From Nitrospirota bacterium (GTDB lineage: Bacteria; Nitrospirota; Nitrospiria; Nitrospirales; NS-4): a stretch of 64,000 nt of DNA. The stretch covers positions 576,001 through 640,000 of the forward strand of contig CAWBGA010000017.1 of the NCBI GenBank assembly GCA_963788195.1, in the 5' to 3' direction. Below, piece by piece: positions 33,561 through 46,017 of the stretch. Position 1 is the stretch's first letter, and every line of letters begins with the position of its first letter. Below the pieces are notes generated by a model. The model ran no database searches, was not told the origin of the DNA, and saw only the letters and a list, made by a program, of their open reading frames with translations. Both the position numbers and the translations under genes were made by a program.

Positions 33561-33802
33561 GCAGTCTGACTAAGCTTAGATAGCGTAGTTCTGTAAAATT
33601 CGAGGACCTGTAAAGCATGTTCACGCTTCACGCTTGGAAAATTCTCCAGATATTCATTCAAAGTAAGGCCAGCTTCTATATTAGAAAGCAGAGACTCAAC
33701 CGGTACCCGTGTTCCAGAAAACACGGGCTTGCCGCTCACGATACTCGCGTCAACCGTAATTGGTAGCTTGTTAAGTTCTTTCTCTTCGATGATTAGAGTC
33801 AT
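33557..33802 (-). CDS. DUF433 antitoxin
   Basis: SGKPVFSGTRVPVESL...YLENFPSV. Confidence 0.9.
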   Translation of the reverse strand: MTLIIEEKELNKLPITVDASIVSGKPVFSGTRVPVESLLSNIEAGLTLNEYLENFPSVKREHALQVLEFYRTTLSKLSQTA

Positions 33803-33891
33803 AGTCTTCCATTACTTTGTACTACTTTATAGTAGCCCACAAGACCTTCTAGTTTCTACAGCGGAGATCATTGGCGCAGCAAAGGATCTCG

Positions 33892-36800
33892 TTATTCAGA
33901 ATCCGGAGGCGGAACGGTTGCCTCTGTGTGGACCGGATCCCCACCTGTTTCAGCCGCGAACTCCACCAGGCGGCACAGAGCATTGACGAGCTGCATGTCC
34001 TCAATCGACGCGCACCGCGCCTCGAGCAACCGTGGCGAGCACACCAGGATGGCCAGGCATTGCGCCCGCGAGATCGCGACATTCAGCCGGTTGCGCGAAA
34101 ACAGAAAGGCCAGGCCCCGTGAGACGTCATCGCCACTCGAGGTGGCCATCGAGAAGAAGACGACCGGCGCCTCCTGCCCCTGGAACTTGTCCACGGTCCC
34201 CACGCGCACTCCTGCCGGCAGGGCGTCGCGAAGCCGCCGCACTTGTGCGTTATACGGCGCGACGACCATGAAGTCCTCGTGCCGAAGCGGCCTTCGTCGT
34301 CCCGTCTGCGTTGGTGAAATCCCCGCCGTGCATGCGCTCGATCTCGCGCGCGATGGCTTCGGCTTCTTCCACCGACGCGGTGCGATTGCCCTCATGCTCC
34401 ACGGGAATGAAGCGAATGCCCGTCCCGAAGGCAGTCGTGCGTTGCGCGGCACAGTTCGTCCGACCGCAGGCGCCCGGCGTACACAATTTCGGAGATGAAC
34501 TGGCAGACATCCGGGTGCATGCGAAACGTGCGCTCTAAAAAGATCCCGCGGTCCTCGGGGATGGTCGGCACAGTCCCAAGCAGATGCTCCAGCACCGACA
34601 CGCCGGCGCCCGGCGGATGCGTCCCCTGCGACACCTGGGCCAGCTGGAGTGGATCGCCGAGCAGGATCAGGTTGTGCGCGCAGGTGCCCATCGCAAGAGC
34701 GTCCGCAAGCGCCACCTGGCCGGCCTCGTCAATCACGAGATAATCGAGCTTGCGATCCAGCTCGGGCCGCGCGAAGAGCCACGCCGTGCCGGCCAAGAGG
34801 CGCACATCGGTATCCAGGTCGAGCAAAGGCCGCATTGTCAGCCTCGCTCTGGATGAATGTCCCCTCATATACTGACTCCGGGCTTTCCCCCGACTTCTTC
34901 AGCCCACGGAACGACAGCTGTCTCCGCAACAGCCACCCGCTCGATCTCTTCCAGAAGGTTGTGGATGGCTTTGTGGCTTTGCGCGGTGACGCCGACTGTC
35001 TTCCCCTCACGGATGAGATGAGTGATGATGCGCGCGCCGGTGTATGTCTTTCCCGAACCCGGCGGGCCTTGTATAAAGAGGTAGCTATGATTCAGCGCCA
35101 CCGCCAGCCTTTTCAATTCATTGAGATCGGTGGTCTGGATCGGCCCACCTTGCACATGATCACGAAATGCCGGGTAGTCCCGCTGTAAGACGGCACGGAC
35201 GGCGGCATACCGGTCATCCTTATTGAGAAGAGACATGCCGAGGCGAGCCAATGCGGCTCGCTGCGTCCCGTCGTCATATGGTTTCCTCGGAATGAGCGCG
35301 CGCGGCAGAGCCTGGGCAGCAGCTTTCGGCCCGCGCACCAATTCCAGGCGGCCGGATGCGTCGTCGATCGAGAGAATGTCGCCTGCCTTCTGTCCGGTCG
35401 ACGGATCGATCACCTCTCCATGGCCGAGCTTATGGTCCTGGGCAGGAAATCGAAGGGTAAAGATGGTCGATCGCTTATGCGGCCTTGGCGGAATGTCCGG
35501 ATCAGGCTCGAGACAGCCGATGGACTCCGGATCGTCGACGAGTTCCTCGGGCGACATCCCGCATCGTTCGAAATACCACCACCAGCCGGGCCGAGCCTCG
35601 CGGCGGTGGTACTCGAGCAGCTCTCCGGCGAGCCACCGTGGACTTCCTGGCTCAGCGCCTTCAAGAAGCTGCGCCCGCAGCTGGTTCCTGGCGGCCTCTG
35701 CCTCCGCCGCCTCTTCACTGGACTCCCGGGATGGCACAGGGTCCGGCCATGCTACTTCGGCCGGTCGAATGCTCAGCAGCCATTCCCGCAACGCCAGCGT
35801 GGCTCGGCAATCTTCCGCATTGTAGGCCGCGATCGCCTCCAGGGCTGTGGCATCGCGTGTCTGCAGCCATCGCTCGTATTCGAGGATGGCCTCCGTGCCG
35901 GACCGCACCGATGCGCTCCGAGTGAAACCGGCGAGCGCTTCCACATCCTTCAGTGAATAACTCGCCAGTCCCGCGCGCAAGCCCTGGCGCACGATCGTGC
36001 ACAGATCCACAAAGATCCCGCGGCGCAAGAGATCATCGACCTGGGTCTCGCGCGTCGCGTGCTCCCCCATCAGACGCTTGATCGCGGTCGGCTCATAGGC
36101 CCCAAAGTGATAGACGTGGAGATCAGGAAACCGCTGAAGTCTCTCGTGCACGAGATCGACGAACCGCTCAAGCGCCAGGCGCTCCCCAACCGCGTTATGC
36201 GCCCAAATCGCCTCATATCGCGGCGCCTCACCGTCGACGAACATCATGCCGAAGAGGAACTCCAGGCCACGGCTTGGCTCAAAGAACGGGTGCCCTTCAA
36301 AATCGAAAAACATGTCGCCGGGTGATGGCTGCGGGAGGCGGGTGAAGCCGCGGCCCGGTTCGATCGGGAGTAGATGCCACTCGATCCGGCTCGGAGGCCG
36401 GCTGATCCGCTGGAGGTCGGCCTGGTCACGCAGGCCGGCAAAGGTCGCCGATCGCATCTTGGGCACCGCCATGTCCGGCTTCGCTTGCGCGAGGCCTGTG
36501 AGCGTGAGAATCCCGGCGCTTTTTAACCGGACGACCTGGTCACGGCGGATCCTGGCGACGCGCACCATATGATCTTCGCTTTCCCAGCGCTTCTCACAGT
36601 GGCCACGCACGTCACAAAAGTCACAGCGCTCGCACGGATACGGCTCACTGTCAGAGCCTGCCGCCAGGACCTCGAGCAAGCGGGATTGAATACGCCGATA
36701 GTAGGCGGCGAAGTCGGCGAGGCGCAAGGTCGCGCGCTCACGGGTTCCGAGCATGAGGTGAATACGCTCGACCGGGACGCCCTGGATCTGGGCGAGTGCG

Positions 36801-37267
36801 TGTGCATAGAAGCACAGCTGAAGGACATGTGCGGGCCGCTCATGGCGTGCCAGCTTCGCATCGAGGACCTCATAGCTCCACGGACCGAGCTGCGACGGCC
36901 GGTCCACGCGCTCCAGGAAATCCGCAATGCCTCGCCACCGGCCATCGGTCAGCACGGCTTGATAAATGTATGCCGGCCCATCGCGGACGGCATCCAAGGT
37001 CCGCTGCGCCGCCGCTTCGAAGTTGAGCTGATCACCGAGCCCGATTTCAACGACGCTATGGCCGGATTCCAGCAGCGTACTCAGGTAGGCGCGCTCATGC
37101 TCATCTCCCTTGCGCGCAACAAGATCAGCGTACCGGTTCGGCTGAAACGGCCGCCGCAGCTCACCTCGGGCGGCCTTGAGGTCGATCTGCGTTAAGTATT
37201 CGCAGGCAAGAAAGTTGGACAGATCGCTCGGGGAGAGAAAGAGCTGTCCTTCGCCATCTACCTTCAC
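33892..37267 (-). CDS. TM0106-family RecB-like nuclease / RNase H-like / SF1 helicase fusion (about four apparent frameshifts between 34.3 and 34.9 kb)
   Basis: SPSDL, GIADFL, DAKLAR, FFDFEG, YNAEDC, QGPPGSGKT, DEAGQ, GDPLQL, RMHP, GTVDKFQGQE, NRLNVAISRA. Confidence 0.85.
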
Positions 37268-37337
37268 GGTTATCTTAAGCCGCAGTGCGAGACATTAGGT
37301 AGAGGCAATGGTAGAAGCTCGTGCGGTGGACTTCAAC

Positions 37338-37514
37338 GAGAATCCCTCTCCCCCGGAGGGAGAGGGCGAGGGTGAGGGGGTAATCCTGAGCGCGATGTCA
37401 TGCTGAGTCCTTCGCTGTCATCCTGGACCCGTTCGTCTGTCATGCTGAACGAAGTGAAGCATCTGTTTTGGACCTCAGGATAAACTCCGCGAAGGATCTA
37501 GCCTATTCAGAATT
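37338..37514 (+). repeat. Family-B repeat fused to nested family-A cluster
   Basis: 37438-37499 matches 16030-16091 at 60 of 62 nt; followed by the TATTCAGAATT tail. Confidence 0.85.
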
Positions 37515-37579
37515 GAGCCGGGGAGCGAGTGGGAAGAAGAGTCTTTCTCAGGTCGCCACGATATTCACGTGGGCAGCAT

Positions 37580-37906
37580 TCAGGAACTTAAGGGGTCAGT
37601 GATCTTTTTTTGGTCACTCCTCTGTCTGATGACTATGCACTGAACGTAGTATAGTAAACCCTTATGAGAAGGACCGCAATGGAATGATATGAAGAGGTAT
37701 TCTCTGTAGGTTCTGAAGGGATTGCCACTTACTCCGTTGTAATTAGAAGTAAAAACGACCTCTCCCGTATCGCGACGAAAGAGTCTGACGCTTAAGTTGT
37801 CGGGAAAGACATTGAGAGGTATATCTAATATACAACTGTATTCCAACCGGTTCGCAGAGTTTCCGATGATGTCCACAATCCGTCTTGAAAGATAGAATTT
37901 TCCCAT
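37580..37906 (-). CDS. Possible AT-rich hypothetical protein
   Basis: 108-aa ORF in an AT-rich segment; no recognisable motif. Confidence 0.3.
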   Translation of the reverse strand: MGKFYLSRRIVDIIGNSANRLEYSCILDIPLNVFPDNLSVRLFRRDTGEVVFTSNYNGVSGNPFRTYREYLFISFHCGPSHKGLLYYVQCIVIRQRSDQKKITDPLSS

Positions 37907-37999
37907 TCGTGGTTAGGCTTCTTCTTGGAGGGGCACGAGACTCCTTCGACAACCTCAGCGGCAGGGGCGAGAGAATGCTAGATCCTTCGCTGCGCTCAG

Positions 38000-39157
<1,158 letters not shown>

Positions 39158-39257
39158 GATGACAGCAGAGGACTTCAGGATGACAACCGCTTTCTGTCCT
39201 TGATCGTTTCGCCGGAGCGGAGTAGGATGCTCTCCCCGATCCCCGGAGCCCACCGCA

Positions 39258-42142
39258 ATGAAAAAGAGGCCCCGCGCAAAGAAGCCGGTTCGAGTGGGCA
39301 AGGCCAAGCGGCGCCCGCCGAGCACTCCCGAGAGCCCTCCTGGCAAACCGACCGGTGGCAAGACAGTCGCGGAATGGTTTGCCTGTGCCCCTCAGCTCAC
39401 CGACGCTGCCGTGGCCTGGCAGAAGAGGCAGTTGCGGGAAGTCGCTGACCGCGCGACCGCAGCAGAGCGCTGGCTCTTCAAGAAACTCGTTCCGCCTCCG
39501 TTTGATACGACCATCAGCGGCCAGGGCACCACCTGCCATCATTACCTGCCGGACAACCGCCTCGAGTGGTGGGACGCTTCGCCTCCAGAGACCGGGCCGC
39601 TCAGGTACGATGGATTTGAGGCCCACGATGTCTTCGATTGCCTGCATTTTCATCCGACTTTGCGTCATGTCGTGGACTGGGAAGGTCTAGGGACGGGGCG
39701 TCGCCGAATGGACTCCAGGCCGCCCAATTCACGGTGCTGGCCGGTCCACCCGAGTCCGGGCCGGAACCGCAGATCAGAATCATGGACAATGTCACGACCG
39801 CGACCGACCCGAAACGCGGCCGGCACAGGGTGCTCTACAACGACCGGGATCGGTTGGTGCTGGTCTTCGATACCCCGCAACGCGCCGTCGGTCTCGAGTA
39901 TGGATACTGGCCGGTGCCGCAGTCCGAGATACCCATACATGTCCAGGCGGCGACCATCGTGGCCTATGACCGGGACGGGGCCGAGATTGCCAGAGGCTCG
40001 GGCGTGCACCTGGAGCGGGGAATCGTGCAGGAAGGAAGGGTGGCTCACAGGGTGGGGGTCAGAGCCCGCCCGGGTCATATCAGCTCGGTGGAGGTCTTCT
40101 TTACGTTTTATGATCCGGGTGCGCCGGAGGCGGAACGGCTCCCGGTCGCAGAGCCGCTCGTCGTGCACCGGGTGTGGCACGAAGCCCTGCCTCCCGCTGC
40201 GACGCACCAGGCGGCGGCGGAGGTGGGTGGGGATCCCGAGGCTACCTGGGTCACGCTTCCCTTTCGATGCAACCGCGCGGTGGTCTTTTTCCGGGGCTTC
40301 AGACTCGCGTTTACGGAGGGAGAGGGACGTCCGATCCGCGGGATGCACGCGGGAATTGAAATCACACCAGAGTCAAATCCCGGGACAGAGCACACGCCTG
40401 ATCCGGCTGACCGGTATCGGACGAGAACCGTTCAATTGAGGCCACGGGGGCGCTTTCTGACAGGCGAGGACACGGCATCGGAATGCACGGTGTTTTATAC
40501 CCTCTTTGCGTGGGATGCGGACCAGGTTGAGCTGTCGACGGCCGCGGGCAGTGACCTCTTTGATGCGGAAAATCTCTGGGCGGCTGAAATCCAAAGACGA
40601 GGTGGTGGCTTCGGCGGCCCTGAACGATTTTCCAATTCCTTTGTCGAAACAGGATCGGTGGTGATTGAGCATCCAGGAGCGCGGCTTCCGCCTGATGAGG
40701 GGCAATTGAAAAGAGGCGCGCCCTGGCAGGTCTTTGGCGGGCTCCAATCCTTCTTCTTTCAGTTCGGCGAGCATGCGGACGCAGGAGGAAGACGAGAATT
40801 TGAGATTGAAGCGCTGCGACTCGCTGTCGGGCCCCCTCGATCGGGCATGGTCGATGGAAGGATGACGGTGACCGTGCCGTTGTATTTTAGCGTCGTGCCA
40901 AACGATCCCGTCTGGCGAGCCGGCGAAGAGATCATTGCGACCTCCTTTGGGCCGAGCGCTTCTTATGACGTGCTCCCGACACCAGGGGCCTGGAGCGCGA
41001 CCTGTGTGGTCGTCTGCGGTCCGAGTCTTCACCCTTCACTGGGGGCGTCAGGTGAGCCGTTCGTCTTCGCCATACCCAGTGTCGAGGGTCCTAGGGACAA
41101 CGACGAGTTTCTGTCCGCTCCTCTTCCCTTGAGCGTCGCAGGCATTACTGTCCAGGCCGCTGAGCAACTGTGTGTCGGCCTCCAGACGGCGTACCTGGAA
41201 CCTGGGGGCCCGGTGGCGGAGTTGGAGCTTGAAGTTAAGGCTCAGGACTATGTTTACGCCGGCCCGGCTGTACCCCAACTGAATGGAGTGGGCAATTGGC
41301 AATATGCGGCGGGCATGCGTGTGGAGGGAAATGACCAGGCCGCCATGTGGGGAGTACCCATGGGGTTTGGTGTTCTTCGCAAGGCCCTCTGGGCGCACGC
41401 ACTGCTGACGACACAGGACATGGTCTTCGAAGGGGTGACTGGGACCTTGTCCATGGCGCCCATTCAGTTTGGCTTGATTCGCAATGTCGGGACGGCGCCC
41501 GTCCTCATTCTGGGAGCAGAGCTCGTTCCGGCCCGGGGAGGGCCGGCCTTCTTCCTTCGATTCGCGGCGCCGCCGTGGACCTACCCGGTAAGCCCCCATA
41601 TTTTCCCGGATTTGCAGAACATGGGGGAGACCTTTACGCTGGATGAGATGACTCGCCGGCCTCCGGTACGCCTGGAACCTGGTCAGAGTCTCATCATCGG
41701 CGGAACGTTTTTTCCTCAGGCCGATGGCCGCTACGAAGCCTTTCTGAACCTCCACACCAATGCCCAGCCGGCGCTCGTGCAGATTCGTATCGCGGCCGGG
41801 ACGCTGCCCAATCGGGCGCACGCCATTTTTATTCCGGATCCGACGAATTTCGGCAATGTCAGGGTGGGAACCAGCCCCGTGCGCGATGCGTTGATCGCAT
41901 CCGACGGGCAGTCGCCGGTCATCGTCTCGCAAGTTGGGCTGCAAGATGCCACGCTGGGATTTCGCCTGCTGAATCCGTTTGGGGGGTTCCAGCTCAGCCC
42001 CGGAGAATCACGGCTGATTTCCATCGAATTTGCGCCGGGAGAGTCCGGACGCGTTCAGACCCGGCTCTTTGCCATGACGAATGTCCCGGGACAGGCGCGA
42101 ATGGAGATCCAGGTCATGGGCAACGGAGAGTTTGCCGAATAG
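39258..42142 (+). CDS. Large hypothetical protein with C-terminal Ig-like (ASH/choice-of-anchor D-like) domains; apparent frameshift ~39692
   Basis: ORFs 39258 and 39638 join at a G run; C-terminal IRNVGTAPV..., NFGNVRVG..., L.PGES..I.I.FAP. Confidence 0.65.
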
Positions 42143-42153
42143 TCCGCGAATCG

Positions 42154-42201
42154 GCTGCTGATCCACCAGAGAAACGCAGAAGTGTCCAGCAGTAGCTTCA
42201 C
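42154..42201 (-). pseudogene. VapC 5' stub
   Basis: GTGA overlap; reads VKLLLDTSAFLWWIS, then runs into the convergent gene end. Confidence 0.7.
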
Positions 42202-42425
42202 TCGAAGCTTTTCAGGAGGGCCTTTGGCAGCGGCGCGTCGAAGTCGCGGCGGATTCTCAATTTTCCGCGAGCGCTTCCAGGAGATCGGCGCGACGGGTGG
42301 AATTCGACAGGGACCAACCGAGCGACCGGACGCCCTGCTCTGGCAATCGTAATTTCCTCTCCGTGCAGTACGCGTTCGATGAGCTTGGAAAACTGAGTTT
42401 TGGCCTCATGAATATTGACTGACAT
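42198..42425 (-). CDS. Phd/YefM antitoxin
   Basis: MSVNIHEAKTQFSKLIERV..GEEITIARAGRPVARLVP. Confidence 0.9.
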   Translation of the reverse strand: MSVNIHEAKTQFSKLIERVLHGEEITIARAGRPVARLVPVEFHPSRRSPGSARGKLRIRRDFDAPLPKALLKSFE

Positions 42426-42545
42426 TGTGCTCCCTCTCCCTGAATAATCATCTTCGTCCACTGATTAGCACACTATGAGACGAAGCGAATAGGTTGGTTG
42501 CCGGAACCGGCGAGGGAGGCGTGATGCTGAGCCCGCATTGGGAGA

Positions 42546-42875
42546 TTATGGGGCAAACATCTCGCCTAGGACCGAGAGAACCTTATTGGCCGTCTCCGGG
42601 TTGATTGTGCCAAGCCGCCTCAGGAGCCGGACTTTGTCCACTGTTCGGATTTGATCAAGGGCGATTTGCCCCATCTTTCGTTGAAACCTGACGGGAACCC
42701 GCGTCGGGTAGACACGCCCATGTGTAGTCATTGGAGCAACAATGACGGTGTCGATGTGGCGGTTCATCTCGTCCGGCGAGATGATGAGGCAGGGACGAGT
42801 CTTGCGTATCTCGCGCCCTACGGAAGGCTCCAAACGCACAAGATGGACCTCAAACCGTGAGGCTACCACCGCCAT
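42546..42875 (-). CDS. mazF: MazF/PemK toxin
   Basis: P.VGREIRKTRPCLIISPD...VAPMTT...DQIRTVDK.RL. Confidence 0.9.
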   Translation of the reverse strand: MAVVASRFEVHLVRLEPSVGREIRKTRPCLIISPDEMNRHIDTVIVAPMTTHGRVYPTRVPVRFQRKMGQIALDQIRTVDKVRLLRRLGTINPETANKVLSVLGEMFAP

Positions 42876-43114
42876 TCGGTTCTATCCCACTTGGTAGCCG
42901 GCGGCTTCAGGTCTACGAGGCTATCGTCTCCCTGCTCATGCATATGACGGAAGGCATCCTCCCACCCCTCTCGTGGCTTGCTGGATGGTCGGATCACCAG
43001 ATGGTCGTCCTCCACCTCTAGTTCGACGGCGTCCTTCAGCCGATAGTGTTCCAAGAGCGCCTTCGGAATGCGAATCCCTCGTGAATTGCCGATGCGCACC
43101 ACACTGGTCCTCAT
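42863..43114 (-). CDS. mazE: MazE/AbrB antitoxin
   Basis: RIGNSRGIRIPK; upstream palindrome TACTTAC-AAA-GTAAGTA (43145-43161). Confidence 0.9.
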   Translation of the reverse strand: MRTSVVRIGNSRGIRIPKALLEHYRLKDAVELEVEDDHLVIRPSSKPREGWEDAFRHMHEQGDDSLVDLKPPATKWDRTEWRW

Positions 43115-43333
43115 GAGTCTACCTCCAACCCTCCCAGCGAAATGTACTTACAAAGTAAGTACCCCATAAGGCTTGTAAAGTCAAGTCTGGGCAGTCGGAC
43201 AGTTGCAGGTCTATTGGTTTGACACGCTTACCCTTACAACGTTACTTCTTTGTATCTCAAAACCTGTTCCTAATTAGCCTGACCGTTGTCTCTCATTGTA
43301 ATGGGGCGAGAGATGACATGACGACTGAATGAT

Positions 43334-43380
43334 AGATCCTTCGTCGAACGTCAGGATGACATGGTGTGGCTCAAATGACA
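43334..43380 (-). repeat. Family-A repeat (reverse)
   Basis: AGATCCTTCGTCGAACGTCAGGATGACA plus stutter. Confidence 0.8.
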
Positions 43381-43490
43381 TATAAGGTGCTGAGACACCA
43401 GCCTCAATTGCTTTCGTAGCCTGCGCGAAATATACTTTTCTGGCTGACGGTGTTTGGGACGCCGTCGTGTGTTAGCGAGGAGAATTCAGA

Positions 43491-43688
43491 ATGCCTGATC
43501 TTACGGTGACGCTTTCGGCAGAGGATGTCCGACGCCTTGAGGAATTAAGTAAACGGGAAGGTCTCACTGTGGCGCAGATCATGCAACTGGGAATCAAGGA
43601 CCTGATTGGTCTGCCTGAAGAAAGATTTCAAGCTGTAACCCGCAGCATCATGGAGAAGAACGCTGAGCTTTATCGCCGTCTGGCGTGA
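43491..43688 (+). CDS. RHH-type antitoxin
   Basis: Ends KNAELYRRLA; GTGA overlap with doc stub. Confidence 0.8.
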   Translation: MPDLTVTLSAEDVRRLEELSKREGLTVAQIMQLGIKDLIGLPEERFQAVTRSIMEKNAELYRRLA

Positions 43689-43783
43689 CCCGCTATCTCA
43701 CACTCGCCGAAGTTCTGCAACTTCACAGTGAAATCTTGAATCGATGGGGCGGCGCCGCTGGCTTACGCGACGTCGGGGCCTTA
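43685..43783 (+). pseudogene. Doc/Fic toxin 5' stub
   Basis: MTRYLTLAEVLQLH......GG..GLRDVGAL then truncated before any Fic motif. Confidence 0.75.
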
Positions 43784-43790
43784 GGAGGCA

Positions 43791-43886
43791 TTAAGATTCG
43801 AATAGGTTTCTTGGAACTTTTCTAAAACCATGCGATTCAAGGATTGTGCACACATCTCGTCCAGAGAAGTGGCGCAACTTACCCAT
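43791..43886 (-). pseudogene. HicA 5' stub
   Basis: MGKLRHFSGRDVCTILESHGFRKV, stops before the GSH motif. Confidence 0.75.
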
Positions 43887-44103
43887 ACGGAGCTTCGAAC
43901 GTGGTGACGTACACCGGAGTATGGAGTCTCTCTTTCACTTCTGATGGATCCGCGCACTCCAGAAATAACCCGACCGCTTCTTTGAGATTGGCGGTAGCTT
44001 CTTCAATGGTACGGCCTTGGCTTGTCACATCGAGTTCCGGACAAAGAGCTACATACAAATCGCCTTCTTTTTCCAACACTGCAGTATAAGTGTTTGAGCG
44101 CAT
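43879..44103 (-). CDS. hicB: HicB-like antitoxin
   Basis: YTAVLEKEGDLYVALCPELDVTSQGRTIEEATANLKEA. Confidence 0.9.
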   Translation of the reverse strand: MRSNTYTAVLEKEGDLYVALCPELDVTSQGRTIEEATANLKEAVGLFLECADPSEVKERLHTPVYVTTFEAPYG

Positions 44104-44166
44104 GCTTGAATCTCCTCGCCAGAAAGTATACCCAACATGATAGGCGAAGTCACGGAATGGGTGGTC

Positions 44167-44298
44167 ACCGCGACACACCAAGGATCTTGGCACTGAAAAG
44201 CCGGGATGGGGAGGATTCAATGGTAGTCCTCTAAATTCACCGCAGGGCATATCCTTCCTCAAACCGAAACGTAATGCGCCAGTTTGCCCTCACCGTTA
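44167..44298 (-). pseudogene. Internally deleted higB-higA remnant
   Basis: Aligns in three blocks to 48170-48384. Confidence 0.8.
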
Positions 44299-45444
44299 TT
44301 CGCCCGGGTGTTGGTCAATGATGTCCATAATCGGGGTCGCAAGATAGAGTCTTCCCCACTCGCGGCCTGTGATCTCCTTGAGAAGACCTTTTTGCTGAAG
44401 CAGCATGACAGTCTGGCGGGCAGTCGGGTTTGACACGTGTAAAACCTTCTGCGCTCGCGCTATTGAGATGTAGGGATTTAGGAATAATTCGTCAAGGAGC
44501 GTCAACGCGTTCGGCTTATTGCGCAGGCGAGCTCGAAACTTCTCGCGCAAATCCATTAACCTGCTGGCATGACCGACGGCCTGGGTCGAAATCTCAGTCA
44601 CGCCCGTGAGGAAAAACCGGAGCCAGCTTAACCAGTCTCCGTGCGTCCGCACGCGTTGTAGGCGCTCATAATACGCCTGCCGATGGGCTTCAATATAGGA
44701 TGACAAGTATAAGAGCGGTTGTGAGAGTCGCCCGCGCTCAACGAGGAACAACGTGATCAGCAAGCGACCGATGCGTCCATTGCCATCAAGAAAGGGATGA
44801 ATCGCCTCGAACTGCTCATGCATGATGGCACACTGAATCAGATCCGGAAAAACTTGACGATGATGGAGGAAGCGTTCCCAGTCTGCGAGAGTTTCATCGA
44901 GATATTCGGGCGGAGGCGGCACATATCGCGCGGTTGCCGGAGTGCTCCCCGACGGACCAATCCAGTTCTGACTGCGCCGAAACTCCCCGGGAGTGGCGCG
45001 CTCACCACGAACGCCTGTCATGAGTCGCGCATGGATTTCACGGACCAGGCGAAGAGACAGGGGGAGCTTTTTAAAACGTCCGAGACCGTACTCCAGGGCA
45101 TCAACGTAATTACGCACTTCTCGCACGTCGTGCTGTGCTGGGCCCACGACCGGCACGTTGACCTCATCGCGCAATACATCCGAAAGGCTTGCCTTTGTGC
45201 CTTCAATGCGCGAGGAGAGAACCGCCTCACGCCGGACATAGGGAGCAATCAGAAGGTGAGGATTGGGGAGATACCGGCCCAGGCCGGAGAGCTCGCTGAG
45301 AGCGGCATCCGCGCGAGACAGGGACACGACCAAACGATTGTCGTACTGGAACTTAGGAGGCAATGGCGCCGGAACGAACGCGACATAGCCGTGAGTTTTT
45401 ATAAGTCGACCAGTATCAGACGCGTGAAAGTCCTTGGGGTTCAT
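44296..45444 (-). CDS. Fic family protein with Fic_N domain
   Basis: EAVLSSRIEG, PGEFRRSQNWIG, HPFLDGNGRIGR; upstream IR CTTTCAAAGT/ACTTTGAAAG (45471-45497). Confidence 0.9.
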   Translation of the reverse strand: MNPKDFHASDTGRLIKTHGYVAFVPAPLPPKFQYDNRLVVSLSRADAALSELSGLGRYLPNPHLLIAPYVRREAVLSSRIEGTKASLSDVLRDEVNVPVVGPAQHDVREVRNYVDALEYGLGRFKKLPLSLRLVREIHARLMTGVRGERATPGEFRRSQNWIGPSGSTPATARYVPPPPEYLDETLADWERFLHHRQVFPDLIQCAIMHEQFEAIHPFLDGNGRIGRLLITLFLVERGRLSQPLLYLSSYIEAHRQAYYERLQRVRTHGDWLSWLRFFLTGVTEISTQAVGHASRLMDLREKFRARLRNKPNALTLLDELFLNPYISIARAQKVLHVSNPTARQTVMLLQQKGLLKEITGREWGRLYLATPIMDIIDQHPGE

Positions 45445-45580
45445 GGACGGGGCCCTGAATTTAAAGCCTGCTTTCAAAGTCCATTATACTTTGAAAGAAA
45501 GTGGTTTGATTCTTTCAAAGCCCAGCGGCCTTTGCAAGGCCTATTTCAAAGCGGTCGATGACATGAGGCGAGGAAATTCT

Positions 45581-45668
45581 GATCCTTTCGTCGAACCTCA
45601 GGATGACAGGTCAAAGCCCGTGTCACCCTGGTCAAAGCCCGTGTCACCCTGAGCGAAGCGAAGGGTCT
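45581..45668. repeat. Back-to-back family-A repeats with an exact 21-nt duplication
   Basis: GATCCTTTCG...CTCAGGATGACA; (GGTCAAAGCCCGTGTCACCCT)x2; TGTCACCCTGAGCGAAGCGAAGGGTCT. Confidence 0.85.
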
Positions 45669-45676
45669 AATCGTTT

Positions 45677-45988
45677 GTGGCTGAAGAATATTTTGTTTAC
45701 GTCATGACGAACAGGTCAAGGACGCTATATATCGGAATTACACGTGACCTCATGCGCCGAGTCTATGAACACCAGACACATGCAATTACAGGATTCACGT
45801 CAAAATACAAAATCCGGTCAGTGGTGTATTACGAAATTACGACCGATGTTCGGGAAGCTATAAAGCGTGAAAAGCAACTGAAAGGATGGCTACGTGTTAA
45901 GAAGATCGCTCTCATAGAGTCAATCAATCCTGCGTGGAAGGATCTCAGTGAGGAGTGGCAATCAGATCCTTCGCGCAGGTTATCCTGA
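45677..45988 (+). CDS. Small GIY-YIG nuclease family protein
   Basis: YFVYVM...LYIGITRDL.RRV.EH...FTSKY...YYE....EAI.REKQLKGW.R.KK..LIE..NP.WKDL. Confidence 0.9.
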   Translation: MAEEYFVYVMTNRSRTLYIGITRDLMRRVYEHQTHAITGFTSKYKIRSVVYYEITTDVREAIKREKQLKGWLRVKKIALIESINPAWKDLSEEWQSDPSRRLS

Positions 45989-46017
45989 ACCAATCACTAG
46001 ATCCTTCGCTGCCCGCT

